A DNA stretch of 64,000 bases from an uncultured Eggerthellaceae bacterium (GTDB lineage Bacteria; Actinomycetota; Coriobacteriia; Coriobacteriales; Eggerthellaceae). The number at the start of each line of letters is the position of its first letter. Position 1 is the first letter of the stretch. The position numbers and the translations under genes are program-made. This document shows, in pieces, positions 54,411 to 63,435 of the stretch. The stretch lies in the NCBI GenBank assembly GCA_948616985.1, contig CAPGDO010000002.1, positions 5,965-69,964 of the forward strand, given 5' to 3'. Below the pieces are notes generated by a model that was not told the origin of the DNA, searched no databases, and was given only the letters and a program-made list of their open reading frames with translations.

Positions 54411-56324
54411 CTAGAGCGCAGCGTCCCTGATCTTGTCCACGAACTCCCGCCGATCGCAGGTACCCAGGTCACCTTCGATCCGGTCACGCACGGAGATGGT
54501 CTGCTCGGCCACTTCAGCATCCCCCAGGATGACCATGTAGGGGATCTTCTGCTGCTGGGCTTTGGCTATCTTCACCTTCATGGGCTCATTCTGGTCATAG
54601 ACCTCGACCCGGCCGCCTACGCCACGCAGCTCACCGGCGAATCCCTCAGCAACCTCCCGATGACGGTCGGCAATGGGGATGACAGCCACCTGTATGGGCG
54701 CCAACCACAAGGGCAGAGCGCCAGCGTAGTGTTCGATGAGGATGCCCAAGAAGCGTTCGATGGAGCCGAAGATGGCTCGGTGGAGCATCCAGGGCCGCTG
54801 CTCGGTATTATCCTGAGCGCGATAGGTCAGGTCGAACCGCTCGGGCATGTTGAAATCTATCTGGACCGTGGAGCACTGCCAGGTGCGCCCGATGGCATCC
54901 TTCACCTTGATATCTATCTTCGGACCATAGAAGGCGCCGTCGCCTTCATTGATGTCATAGGCCAGATCGTGCCGCTCACACGCCTGCTTCAGGGCGTCGG
55001 TAGCGTACTCCCACATGTCATCTGTGCCGATGGACTTATCCGGTCGCGTGGAGATCTCAGCCTCATACTGGAAGCCGAAGGTGCTCATGATGTGGTCGAC
55101 CAGATCGAGGATGGCCACTACCTCATCTACCACCTGTTCCCTGGTGCAGAACACGTGGGCGTCATCCTGGGTGAAGCCGCGCGCACGCAAGAGCCCGTGC
55201 ACCACGCCCGACATCTCATGACGATACACCGTGCCGAACTCGAAATAGCGCAGAGGCAGATCCCGGTAGGAATGCAGCTCGTTCTTGTAGAGCATCACAT
55301 GCCCCGGGCAGTTCATGGGCTTCACGCCGTATTCGCTGGGACGGGGATCCTCTTCGGTGCCCTCGTTGATCTCGAAGAAGTACATGTTGTCCTTGTAGAA
55401 CCCATAATGGCCGGAGGTCTTCCATACCTCGGCATTGTAGATGTGGGGCGTGATGACCTCTTCGTAGCCGCGCTCGTACAGATCGCGGCGAAGCCACTCT
55501 TGCAGCGTACGGATCACCCGCGCACCCTTCGGCAGATACATAGGAAGCCCCACGCCTGCCATAGGATCCATCATATAGATGCCCAGTTCTCGGCCGAGCT
55601 TGCGATGATCGCGCTTCTCGGCCTCCTCCAAACGGGTCAAGTACTCTTCCAGATCCTTCTTCTTGAAGAAAGCGGTGCCGTAGACGCGTGTGAGCATCTC
55701 ATTGTCGGCATCGCCCTTCCAGTAAGCGCCTGCGGTCTTCATCAGCTTGAAGGCTCCCAACTTGCCTGTTGAGGGAACATGAGGGCCGCTGCAGAGATCG
55801 ACGAAGCTGCCGTGACGATAGAGGGTGATGTCCTCATCAGCAGACAGGTCATCGATATGCTCTGATTTCAAGCGCTGATCCTTGAATGCCTCTTTGGCAC
55901 CCTCATAGGTGAGGACTTCGCGCACGAACGGCTCATCCTTGGCGATGATCTCAGCCATCTTCGCTTCGATGGCGGCGAAATCATCCGTAGAGATGGGCTG
56001 TTCCAGGGCGAAATCATAGAAGAAGCCATCTTCCGTGGCGGGACCGAAGCCGATCTGGGCACCGGGGAACAGCTCCTGGACAGCTTCAGCCATCACATGG
56101 GCCATGGAATGGCGCATGATATCCAGAGCCTCCGGGGAACGGTCTGTGATGATCTCAACAGTGGCGCCATCGGAGACGGTGGCAGCGAGGTCAGCGAGCT
56201 GACCATCGATCTTCCCGGCAAGGGCGGCCTTCGCTAGACCTGAGCCAATGGAAGCGGCAACGTCTTGGATGGATGCGCCCTCGGGTACTTCCTTCGCGCT
56301 GCCATCAGGGAGCAGTATCTTCAT
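54411..56324 (-). CDS. thrS: Threonine--tRNA ligase
   Basis: 637 aa. TGS domain N-terminus (MKILLPDGS...), class II motifs (FRHE... region YRHEMSGVVHGLLRARGFTQDDAH), and an anticodon-binding C-terminus. Confidence 0.96.
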   Translation of the reverse strand: MKILLPDGSAKEVPEGASIQDVAASIGSGLAKAALAGKIDGQLADLAATVSDGATVEIITDRSPEALDIMRHSMAHVMAEAVQELFPGAQIGFGPATEDGFFYDFALEQPISTDDFAAIEAKMAEIIAKDEPFVREVLTYEGAKEAFKDQRLKSEHIDDLSADEDITLYRHGSFVDLCSGPHVPSTGKLGAFKLMKTAGAYWKGDADNEMLTRVYGTAFFKKKDLEEYLTRLEEAEKRDHRKLGRELGIYMMDPMAGVGLPMYLPKGARVIRTLQEWLRRDLYERGYEEVITPHIYNAEVWKTSGHYGFYKDNMYFFEINEGTEEDPRPSEYGVKPMNCPGHVMLYKNELHSYRDLPLRYFEFGTVYRHEMSGVVHGLLRARGFTQDDAHVFCTREQVVDEVVAILDLVDHIMSTFGFQYEAEISTRPDKSIGTDDMWEYATDALKQACERHDLAYDINEGDGAFYGPKIDIKVKDAIGRTWQCSTVQIDFNMPERFDLTYRAQDNTEQRPWMLHRAIFGSIERFLGILIEHYAGALPLWLAPIQVAVIPIADRHREVAEGFAGELRGVGGRVEVYDQNEPMKVKIAKAQQQKIPYMVILGDAEVAEQTISVRDRIEGDLGTCDRREFVDKIRDAAL

Positions 56325-56334
56325 GGTGATTCCT

Positions 56335-56850
56335 TTAGGATTCGTGGCTTGCGGTAGAGCTTGAGGAATGCGAACGGCGACGCGTTCGAGAGCTGGAAGA
56401 ACCAGAACGGCTCTTGGAGCCGCCGCCTACGGGCGTGGCGCAATAGGGGCACACCGTCCAAGCAGGCTCAAGGGCCTTCTCACAATGAGAGCAGAGGTTC
56501 TTGAGCTGAGTGTGGCAATTGGGGCACAGAACGTAATCCATCTCAACGGGATATCCGCAGGTAGCGCATTCGCCATACTTCATCAGCTGGCGCTGTTTGA
56601 GGGCCACTTCCAATTCCTGCTCATCCTTGTCTATGCGCAGCATAGGCGGACGCAAGAGACAGTAGGCGATGACGCCCACGATGGGGACCAGCGCAACCAC
56701 AGCCCAAACATACCAGGCTGCCCCGCGGAGATAGGCGTCCCGCACCACCCAGACGATGGAGAGGACATAGAGGATCACCAGGAGGACGACCACCACGGTG
56801 AACGCGGCTTGCATCTGCGGTGTCCACAGCTGTGCGAAAAGCTCACTCAC
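56335..56850 (-). CDS. Membrane protein with an N-terminal two-TM PLDc_N-like module, a double zinc-ribbon and a Ser/Arg-rich tail
   Basis: 171 aa. Two TM helices (VVVVLLVILYVLSIVWVVRDA, VWAVVALVPIVGVIAYCLL). Four CxxC pairs (CATCG...CPNC...CSHC...CPYC). Tail GGGSKSRSGSSSSRTRRRSHSSSS. Confidence 0.6.
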   Translation of the reverse strand: MSELFAQLWTPQMQAAFTVVVVLLVILYVLSIVWVVRDAYLRGAAWYVWAVVALVPIVGVIAYCLLRPPMLRIDKDEQELEVALKQRQLMKYGECATCGYPVEMDYVLCPNCHTQLKNLCSHCEKALEPAWTVCPYCATPVGGGSKSRSGSSSSRTRRRSHSSSSTASHES

Positions 56851-56934
56851 TTCTTCACTCCTTATACTGCGTTCCTACTGCGGCTTGCGATTATAGCAAA
56901 GGCGCAGATATGGCTGGCTGAATGTGGAGAGCCA

Positions 56935-59598
56935 TCACATCTGCTCGAGCTGGGATGTGACCTTCTCCAGCTGGCCCTCGATCTCATCGCGCTTCGCCGT
57001 ATCCTTCTGGATGATCTCAGGAGCCGCCTTGGCCAAGAAGCCGGGATTGGAGAGCTTCTTATCAAGCTTTGCCAGGTCAGCAGCCAGCTTCTTCTGCTCC
57101 TTCTCGAGCTTCGCCTTCTCTTCGGCGAAGTCGACGAACCCCGCGAGGTTCGTATAGACCTCCAGGTCAGAGACGATGCCCACCACCGCCTGAGAGGGCT
57201 TGGTCTCGTCAGGAGAAGCCGTGAGCGCAGAGATGCGGGCTAACGACGAGATGAGCGTTGATTGCTGCAGGATCTGCTCCGCCTTGGAGGCAGGAGCCTT
57301 GACCGAGACCGTCAGCTCTTCCTTGGGAGAAACACCGTAACGCGAACGAGCAGAGCGCACGGCACCCACCACTTCGATCACCACGCGCACGCTATTCTCA
57401 GAAGCATCATCCACGAAGCCTGCCAGCTCTGCAGCGCTGGGCCACGGAGCCGCTATGAGCATCTCTGGGCCTTCCTCTGGCCGCGGCATGGAGGCGTAGA
57501 TACGCTCTGTGATGAAGGGCATCACTGGATGCAGCAGGCGCAGAAGAGCGTAGAGAACGAATTGCAGGTTACGCTGACAAGCCAAGCGGTCTTCCTCATC
57601 AGCGGAGTTGAGGCGGCTCTTCGAGAACTCGATGTACCAATCGCAGAACTCGTTCCAGATGAACGTGTAGAGCAGACGGGTCATCTCACTGAAGTCGAAG
57701 CTATCATAGGCCGCATCGATAGCCGCCACGGTCTTCGCGAGGGAAGAGAAGATCCAGCGATCGGCGCTGGTCCGGAGCTCAGTAGGACCCGGTGTGAAGC
57801 CATCTATGTTCATCTCGACGAAGCGGGCGGCATTCTTGATCTTGTTCGCGAAGTTGCGGGCCGATTCGATGCGCTGGTAATCGAAGCGCAAGGTCTGCGA
57901 GCCGGTCACCTGGGATACCAGTCCGAAGCGCATGCCGTCAGCGCCGTATTCAGCCATGAGATCCATGGGGTTTATGCCATTGCCCCTAGACTTGCTCATG
58001 GGCTTGCCGTCGGATCCCATGACCGTGGGATGGATGATGACGTCCTGGAAGGGGATCTCATCCATGCACCACTCAGAGGCCATGACCATGCGCGCCACCC
58101 AAAGCCCCATGATGTCTCGGGCCGTTGAGAGCACCTGGGTGGGATAGAACTTGACCAGATCCGGTGCGTCCTTGCCCTCCTCTCCCCAACCCTGGGTGGC
58201 GAAGGGCCAGAGCTGGGAAGAGAACCACGTATCCAGCACATCTTCGTCTTGACGCACGGCTGCTCCGCATTCCGGGCAGGTCTCTATATCCTCCAGAAGG
58301 GCATCCTGCCAGCCGCAGGCATCGCAATAGAAGACGGGGATCCGATGTCCCCACCACAGCTGCCGCGAGATGCACCAATCCTTCAGGTTATCCAGCCAAT
58401 CGAGATAGACCTGTCCCCAGCGCTCAGGATGGAATGCCACCTGACCCTCAGCAACGGCCTTGCGGGCTGGCTCCTTCAGCTGGGAGACATCCACGAACCA
58501 CTGCTCCGACAGCCAGGGCTCCAGCGTGTTATGACAGCGATAGCAGTGCATGACGGAATGGCTGATATCCTCTATATGGTCCAACAGGCCGAGCTCCTCG
58601 AAGGCCTGGACCACGGCTTCGCGCGCCTCATCTCGGCTCATGCCAGAGTACGGGCCGAATCCTTCGACCACATGGGCTGTCTCATCGAAGATATTCACGC
58701 GCTCAAGCCCCGCACGATCCCCCATGGCGAAGTCATTGGGGTCATGGGCAGGCGTGACCTTGACGGCGCCGGTGCCATAGGCTGCGTCCACATGGAAATC
58801 AGCGAAGATGGGGATCTCACGGTCCACCAGCGGCAGTTTCACCATCTTGCCGATGAGGCCAGCATAGCGCTCGTCGGAAGGGCTCACGGCAACGCCGGTA
58901 TCCCCGAGCATGGTCTCGGGACGCGTGGTGGCCACTACGATGTGATCCACCCCTTCCACCGGTTCGACCAGCGGATAGCGGAGGTACCACAGATGCCCCG
59001 CTTCATCGGCATATTCCGCTTCATCATCAGCGATCGCCGTGGTGCAGTGGGGGCACCAATTCACGATGCGCTTGCCCCGGTAGATGACGTCCCGGTGATA
59101 CCAGTCCACGAAGAGCTTGCGCACCGCCAGGGAGAACTCCGGGCTCATGGTGAACTGCTCGTGGTCGTAATCGCAGCTGCAGCCCATGGCCTTGATCTGG
59201 CTGACGATGATGCCGCCGTATTCATCGCGCCACTTCTGGCATTCTCCTATGAATGCCTCACGGCCTATCTCTCGGCGATTGATGCCCTGTTCAGCCAGAT
59301 GCTTGTCGACCTTGGTCTGTGTAGCGATGCCTGCGTGATCGGTTCCCAGGACCCACCGGGTCTGATAGCCCTGCATGCGAGCACGACGGATGCAGGTGTC
59401 TTGGATGCTGTCATTCAGGGCATGACCCATATGGAGCACACCGGTCACATTCGGAGGAGGGATGACGATGGTATAGCCCTCATCTGCATGGGGGCCGAAG
59501 CCTTGGGAGCGCAGGAAATACCCGCCCGCCATCCAAGCTTCGAAGATGGGCTGCTCCCAAGCGCTGAAATCCTCGGTGACCTTCTTGCCGTCCGTCAT
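56935..59598 (-). CDS. valS: Valine--tRNA ligase
   Basis: 887 aa. HIGH-type motif (PNVTGVLHMGHA), KMSKS, and a C-terminal coiled coil. Confidence 0.97.
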   Translation of the reverse strand: MTDGKKVTEDFSAWEQPIFEAWMAGGYFLRSQGFGPHADEGYTIVIPPPNVTGVLHMGHALNDSIQDTCIRRARMQGYQTRWVLGTDHAGIATQTKVDKHLAEQGINRREIGREAFIGECQKWRDEYGGIIVSQIKAMGCSCDYDHEQFTMSPEFSLAVRKLFVDWYHRDVIYRGKRIVNWCPHCTTAIADDEAEYADEAGHLWYLRYPLVEPVEGVDHIVVATTRPETMLGDTGVAVSPSDERYAGLIGKMVKLPLVDREIPIFADFHVDAAYGTGAVKVTPAHDPNDFAMGDRAGLERVNIFDETAHVVEGFGPYSGMSRDEAREAVVQAFEELGLLDHIEDISHSVMHCYRCHNTLEPWLSEQWFVDVSQLKEPARKAVAEGQVAFHPERWGQVYLDWLDNLKDWCISRQLWWGHRIPVFYCDACGWQDALLEDIETCPECGAAVRQDEDVLDTWFSSQLWPFATQGWGEEGKDAPDLVKFYPTQVLSTARDIMGLWVARMVMASEWCMDEIPFQDVIIHPTVMGSDGKPMSKSRGNGINPMDLMAEYGADGMRFGLVSQVTGSQTLRFDYQRIESARNFANKIKNAARFVEMNIDGFTPGPTELRTSADRWIFSSLAKTVAAIDAAYDSFDFSEMTRLLYTFIWNEFCDWYIEFSKSRLNSADEEDRLACQRNLQFVLYALLRLLHPVMPFITERIYASMPRPEEGPEMLIAAPWPSAAELAGFVDDASENSVRVVIEVVGAVRSARSRYGVSPKEELTVSVKAPASKAEQILQQSTLISSLARISALTASPDETKPSQAVVGIVSDLEVYTNLAGFVDFAEEKAKLEKEQKKLAADLAKLDKKLSNPGFLAKAAPEIIQKDTAKRDEIEGQLEKVTSQLEQM

Positions 59599-59644
59599 CT
59601 ACCGCTCTTCCCCTCTCTTCGAGCTAGGCTGCCCCAGCCGGTCC

Positions 59645-61042
59645 TCATGCGCTTTGGCGCGTCTTCTTCTGCAGCTTCTTCACCTCAGGGGTGGTCTCGC
59701 CGGTGATATCAGTGGCACGGATCGTCACCTGCGCAGGGCCTTTGGTCTCCGGCAAGTCATACATGACGTCCATCAGGATGCGCTCGCAGATGGAGCGCAG
59801 GCCACGAGCGCCGGTACCATGTTCGGCCGCCTCGTGGGCGATGGCCGTCAGTGCCTCGTCCTCTACCACGAGCTGAGCGTCCTCATAGGCGAACATCTTG
59901 GTGTATTGCTTGATGAGCGCATTCTTGGGCTCCACCAAGATGCGTACGAGGTCTTCCTCAGTGAGCTCATCCAAAGAGGTGATGACCGGGATGCGCCCAA
60001 CGAATTCGGGGATCATGCCGTACTTGTTGAGGTCTTCTGGCAGCACCTGGGCTAGAAGCTCGGCATCAGCCTGCTTCTTCGTCTCCGGGATCTGGGAGGC
60101 GAAGCCCAGTCCGCTCTTCCCTACCCGCTGGCCGATGATCTCAGGGAGCCCCACGAAGGCGCCGCCCAGGATGAAGAGGATGTTCTTCGTGTCTATATGG
60201 AGCAGCTCTTGCTCAGGGTGCTTGCGTCCCCCCTGGGGCGGCACGCTGGCCTCACAGCCCTCCACGATCTTCAGGAGCGCTTGCTGGACCCCCTCACCTG
60301 AGACATCCCGCGTGATGGAGAGGTTCTCCGCCTTGCGGGCTATCTTGTCTATCTCGTCTATGTAGATGATGCCGATCTCTGCCTTTGCGATATCGAAATC
60401 TGCGGCGGTGATGAGCTTCAGCAGGATGTTCTCTACATCTTCGCCCACATAGCCAGCCTCGGTCAGCGTGGTGGCATCAGCTATGGCGAAGGGGACCTTG
60501 AGGGTGCGCGCCAGCGTTTGAGCCAAGAGGGTCTTACCGGAGCCAGTGGGACCCAAGAGCATGATGTTGCTCTTGTCTATCTCCACCTCATCCGCAGGCG
60601 CTTCCTCTTCAGCCTCAGCCGAATCCCCCATGGCGATGCGCTTGTAGTGATTGTAGACCGCCACGGACAGGGCACGCTTGGCAGCCTCTTGGCCTACGAC
60701 GTGCTCGGAGAGAGCCGCATGGATCTGGTGGGGCGTGGGCAGCTCTTCCAGCCCAGACAGAAGGCCGTCCGACCCTTCGCCATCTTCGATGTCCGAGAAA
60801 TCCCCCGGCGTCACCTCATAGGGCCAGGGAGACGGCGACATCTCCGACCCAGACCGGTCGAAGCCTTCCGTCCGATTCGCCATCATCATCTCATGCATGA
60901 GGGCGTCAGCGCACACGGTGATGCACTGATCGCAGATGAATATCTCGTTGGGGCCTTGGATCATGGAGTTGGCCAAGCTGGCCGGTTTCCCGCAGAAGGC
61001 GCAATGCACATCTGCGGGAGTGTTCCTATTCTCTTCTGTCAT
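59645..61042 (-). CDS. clpX: ATP-dependent Clp protease ATPase subunit ClpX
   Basis: 465 aa. N-terminal zinc-binding domain (CAFCGK...CDQC), Walker A GPTGSGKT, and an IGF-type loop region. The linker between the ZBD and the AAA+ module is longer and more acidic than usual. Confidence 0.95.
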   Translation of the reverse strand: MTEENRNTPADVHCAFCGKPASLANSMIQGPNEIFICDQCITVCADALMHEMMMANRTEGFDRSGSEMSPSPWPYEVTPGDFSDIEDGEGSDGLLSGLEELPTPHQIHAALSEHVVGQEAAKRALSVAVYNHYKRIAMGDSAEAEEEAPADEVEIDKSNIMLLGPTGSGKTLLAQTLARTLKVPFAIADATTLTEAGYVGEDVENILLKLITAADFDIAKAEIGIIYIDEIDKIARKAENLSITRDVSGEGVQQALLKIVEGCEASVPPQGGRKHPEQELLHIDTKNILFILGGAFVGLPEIIGQRVGKSGLGFASQIPETKKQADAELLAQVLPEDLNKYGMIPEFVGRIPVITSLDELTEEDLVRILVEPKNALIKQYTKMFAYEDAQLVVEDEALTAIAHEAAEHGTGARGLRSICERILMDVMYDLPETKGPAQVTIRATDITGETTPEVKKLQKKTRQSA

Positions 61043-61084
61043 AGCTCTCTCTAAGGTAAGCGGGCGCGGTCAGGGACGGATGGT

Positions 61085-61687
61085 TTAATGATGGGTGATG
61101 ATCTCATCCACCAGGCCATAGTCCTTGGCCTGCTCAGCGGTCATGTAATTGTCACGCTCGGTGTCTGCTTGGATGGTCTCGATGCTCTGACCGGTGTTGT
61201 CAGCCAGGATCTTGTTCAGCTGCTTGCGGGTCTTCAGCATGAAATCAGCAACGATGGCTATCTCGGTCTGCTGGCCCTGGGCACCACCCAGAGGTTGATG
61301 GATCAGCACCATGGAATTCGGCAGGCAATAGCGCTTACCCTTGGCGCCTGAAGACAGCAGCACTGCAGCCATGGAGGCGCATTCCCCGATGCAGATGGTG
61401 GAGACATCGCACTTGATGAAGTTCATGGTGTCGAGGATGCCCAGACCTGCGGTGACGGAACCACCCGGTGAGTTGATGTAGAGAGAGATGTCCTTCTCTG
61501 GGTCAGAGCTCTCAAGATGCAGCAGCTGCGCCACCACGGAATTCGCCACATGATCATCTATCTGCTCACCCAGGAAGATGATGCGATCGTTCAGGAGCCG
61601 TGAGTAGATGTCATAGCTGCGCTCTCCGCGCGGTGACTGCTCGATGACGTAGGGGATCAATGCGTTCCTCGCAACTTCGATGCCCAT
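61085..61687 (-). CDS. clpP: ATP-dependent Clp protease proteolytic subunit
   Basis: 200 aa. Catalytic-Ser context [11 protein letters not shown], plus the His and Asp regions. YDIYSRLL N-terminal motif. Confidence 0.96.
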   Translation of the reverse strand: MGIEVARNALIPYVIEQSPRGERSYDIYSRLLNDRIIFLGEQIDDHVANSVVAQLLHLESSDPEKDISLYINSPGGSVTAGLGILDTMNFIKCDVSTICIGECASMAAVLLSSGAKGKRYCLPNSMVLIHQPLGGAQGQQTEIAIVADFMLKTRKQLNKILADNTGQSIETIQADTERDNYMTAEQAKDYGLVDEIITHH

Positions 61688-61763
61688 GATTCCTCGCTTT
61701 CGACAGGGACGCCCGAAGCGCCCTTTTCCTTTTGATTGACACTATGATACAGATGTTCCGTTA

Positions 61764-61815
61764 TTGCAACATTGACCCAGCGTATCCATATCAAAGGCAC
61801 ACTGGGTCAATGCAA
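61764..61815. promoter_or_regulatory. Inverted repeat upstream of clpP (candidate operator overlapping promoter-like hexamers)
   Basis: CATTGACCCAG (61770..61780) and CTGGGTCAATG (61802..61812) are perfect 11-bp arms with a 21-bp spacer. The outer TTGCAA/TTGCA extensions are imperfect. Each arm contains TTGACC. It lies 80-130 nt upstream of the clpP ATG. Confidence 0.35.
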
Positions 61816-61869
61816 GAGGTCAGCTATGGGCTGGATGGGAGAGCAGAACCGGAAGGGCTGTCTATCCGC

Positions 61870-63204
61870 CTACTCGTTCGCTTCCTCGCGCTCAGCGAAG
61901 TCCACCTCGGTCACCTTCGCCGTGCTGAGCACGTCCTCCATGGCCTTGGAACGGATGATGCCCTCGCGGATCAGATAGAGCCGACCGCTTGCGCGCCACT
62001 CGCGCTCCAGCTTCTTCGGGTCTTCCACGCCCGCACGCTCGAACTCTAGCGTGATGTCCTCATCCGTTGCCTGGATGCCCCCATGACGCGCCCAGGCGTC
62101 CAGAGCCAACTCGCGCTTGGCCTCGTCCTGGGCCTGGCGCTTCACATCTTCCTTGAACTCTGTATTATCAATGCCCTGCTGCATGAGGTAGTTATCGAAG
62201 CTCATGCCCGCCCGCTGCAGCTGACCGAAGAAGTCCTGCAGTAGCTCTGATTCGGTCTGCTCTACCATGGCAGCGGGAACCTCACCCTGCACCCGCTCGA
62301 TCAGCTGGAGCGCACAACCATTCTCCTTGATCTGGGGGATGATCGTAGCCTTCTGCTGCTCCAGGGAAGAGGCGATCTCTTCGCGCATGGAAGCCACCGT
62401 GTCGAAGCCGAGGGTCTCCTTCGCCCACTCGTCGGTCAGCTCGGGCACCTGCTCGGTCTTCACCACATTGCAGGTGACGTCGAAGGAGATCTTCTGACCT
62501 GCTAGGTCTGCCATGAGCATAGCGGATTCATCCTCGGGGACATCCACGGTGAAGGTGCGGTTCTCGCCCTTCTTGATCCCTTCGAGCTCCTTGTCCAGGG
62601 CCTCAGCATACAGGCCGGTGCCCAGGTTGTAGAGCAGGGATTCGCTGGTAAGCGAGCCTACCTCTTCGCCATCCTCTTTGGTGGCCTTGATGGTCAGGTC
62701 AGCAGCGCGGTCTGCCGTGAGCTTCGTGGCCGCAGGAGCGTTCTCGTAGGACTTGTAATGGTTCCGCAGTGCATCGACCTGAGAATCTATCTCCTTCTCC
62801 GTGGCCTTCTCGAAGGGGATCTCCACCTCTACCGGATCATAGGAGGAGAGCTCCAGCTCCGGCTTCACGGTGATGGTCACCTCGAAGGTGAAGGGCTCAC
62901 CGGGCTTGACAGGATCGATGTCACCGAAATCCGGAGATGCCACCGGGAAGAGGCCCTGCTCTTCGACGACCTGGGGATACAAGCCATTGACCAGGTCCTC
63001 CGTAGCGGCGGCCAGGACGGATTCACGCCCGACGGCGTTATCAATGACAGGACGAGGGGCCTTGCCCTTGCGGAACCCCGGGAAGGAGTACTGACGCGCA
63101 AGGTCCTTGTACGTCTTGCCGACGTAACTATCTACTTCCTTGGCCTCTGCGGTGACGACCGCTTTGACCTTGCTGTCTTCGAGCTTTTCGATCTTTGCTT
63201 CCAC
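61870..63204 (-). CDS. tig: Trigger factor
   Basis: 444 aa with ribosome-binding N-domain (GFRKGKAP), a PPIase-like middle and a C-terminal arm domain. GTG start with GAAGGGAAG upstream. Confidence 0.93.
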   Translation of the reverse strand: MEAKIEKLEDSKVKAVVTAEAKEVDSYVGKTYKDLARQYSFPGFRKGKAPRPVIDNAVGRESVLAAATEDLVNGLYPQVVEEQGLFPVASPDFGDIDPVKPGEPFTFEVTITVKPELELSSYDPVEVEIPFEKATEKEIDSQVDALRNHYKSYENAPAATKLTADRAADLTIKATKEDGEEVGSLTSESLLYNLGTGLYAEALDKELEGIKKGENRTFTVDVPEDESAMLMADLAGQKISFDVTCNVVKTEQVPELTDEWAKETLGFDTVASMREEIASSLEQQKATIIPQIKENGCALQLIERVQGEVPAAMVEQTESELLQDFFGQLQRAGMSFDNYLMQQGIDNTEFKEDVKRQAQDEAKRELALDAWARHGGIQATDEDITLEFERAGVEDPKKLEREWRASGRLYLIREGIIRSKAMEDVLSTAKVTEVDFAEREEANE

Positions 63205-63316
63205 GTGGGTCTTCCCTTCGATCCGTTAGGTTCCAATGGTTCTCTGTGCAATGGTTCCGTATGGTAACATATGCGCTCGTTGCCCCTTGTGCGCTTACGG
63301 GGCGAACAGTTGGTGT

Positions 63317-63402
63317 GCGGGCGTGGCGGAATTGGCAGACGCGCCAGATTTAGGTTCTGGTGGGCACAACCCGTGAAGGTTCAAGTCCTTTCGCCCGCAC
63401 CA
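63317..63402 (+). tRNA. tRNA-Leu (anticodon UAG), type II long variable arm, encoded CCA
   Basis: Acceptor GCGGGCG/CGCCCGC. Anticodon stem CCAGA/TCTGG with loop TTTAGGT (anticodon TAG). A 15-nt variable arm. T-arm GAAGG-TTCAAGT-CCTTT. Discriminator A, then CCA. Confidence 0.9.
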
Positions 63403-63435
63403 TATCCGATCGACGTCGTGAACGAGGATAAGGTC

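Noticed and set aside
56325-56934. Possible T-box or other riboswitch leaders upstream of thrS and valS.
   Set aside because: The gap before thrS is 10 nt and the gap before valS is 46 nt. The 84-nt gap before the zinc-ribbon gene is too short for a T-box (about 200 nt or more), and no specifier or T-box sequence was seen.
61706-61735. Plus-strand hairpin GGGACGC-CCGAA-GCGCCC followed by TTTTCCTTTT, which looks like an intrinsic terminator.
   Set aside because: No plus-strand gene ends upstream of it, since it lies antisense to the clpP 5' region. On the relevant minus strand it is simply a 5'-UTR stem-loop 17 nt before the clpP ATG. It is kept only as a possible mRNA-stabilising hairpin.
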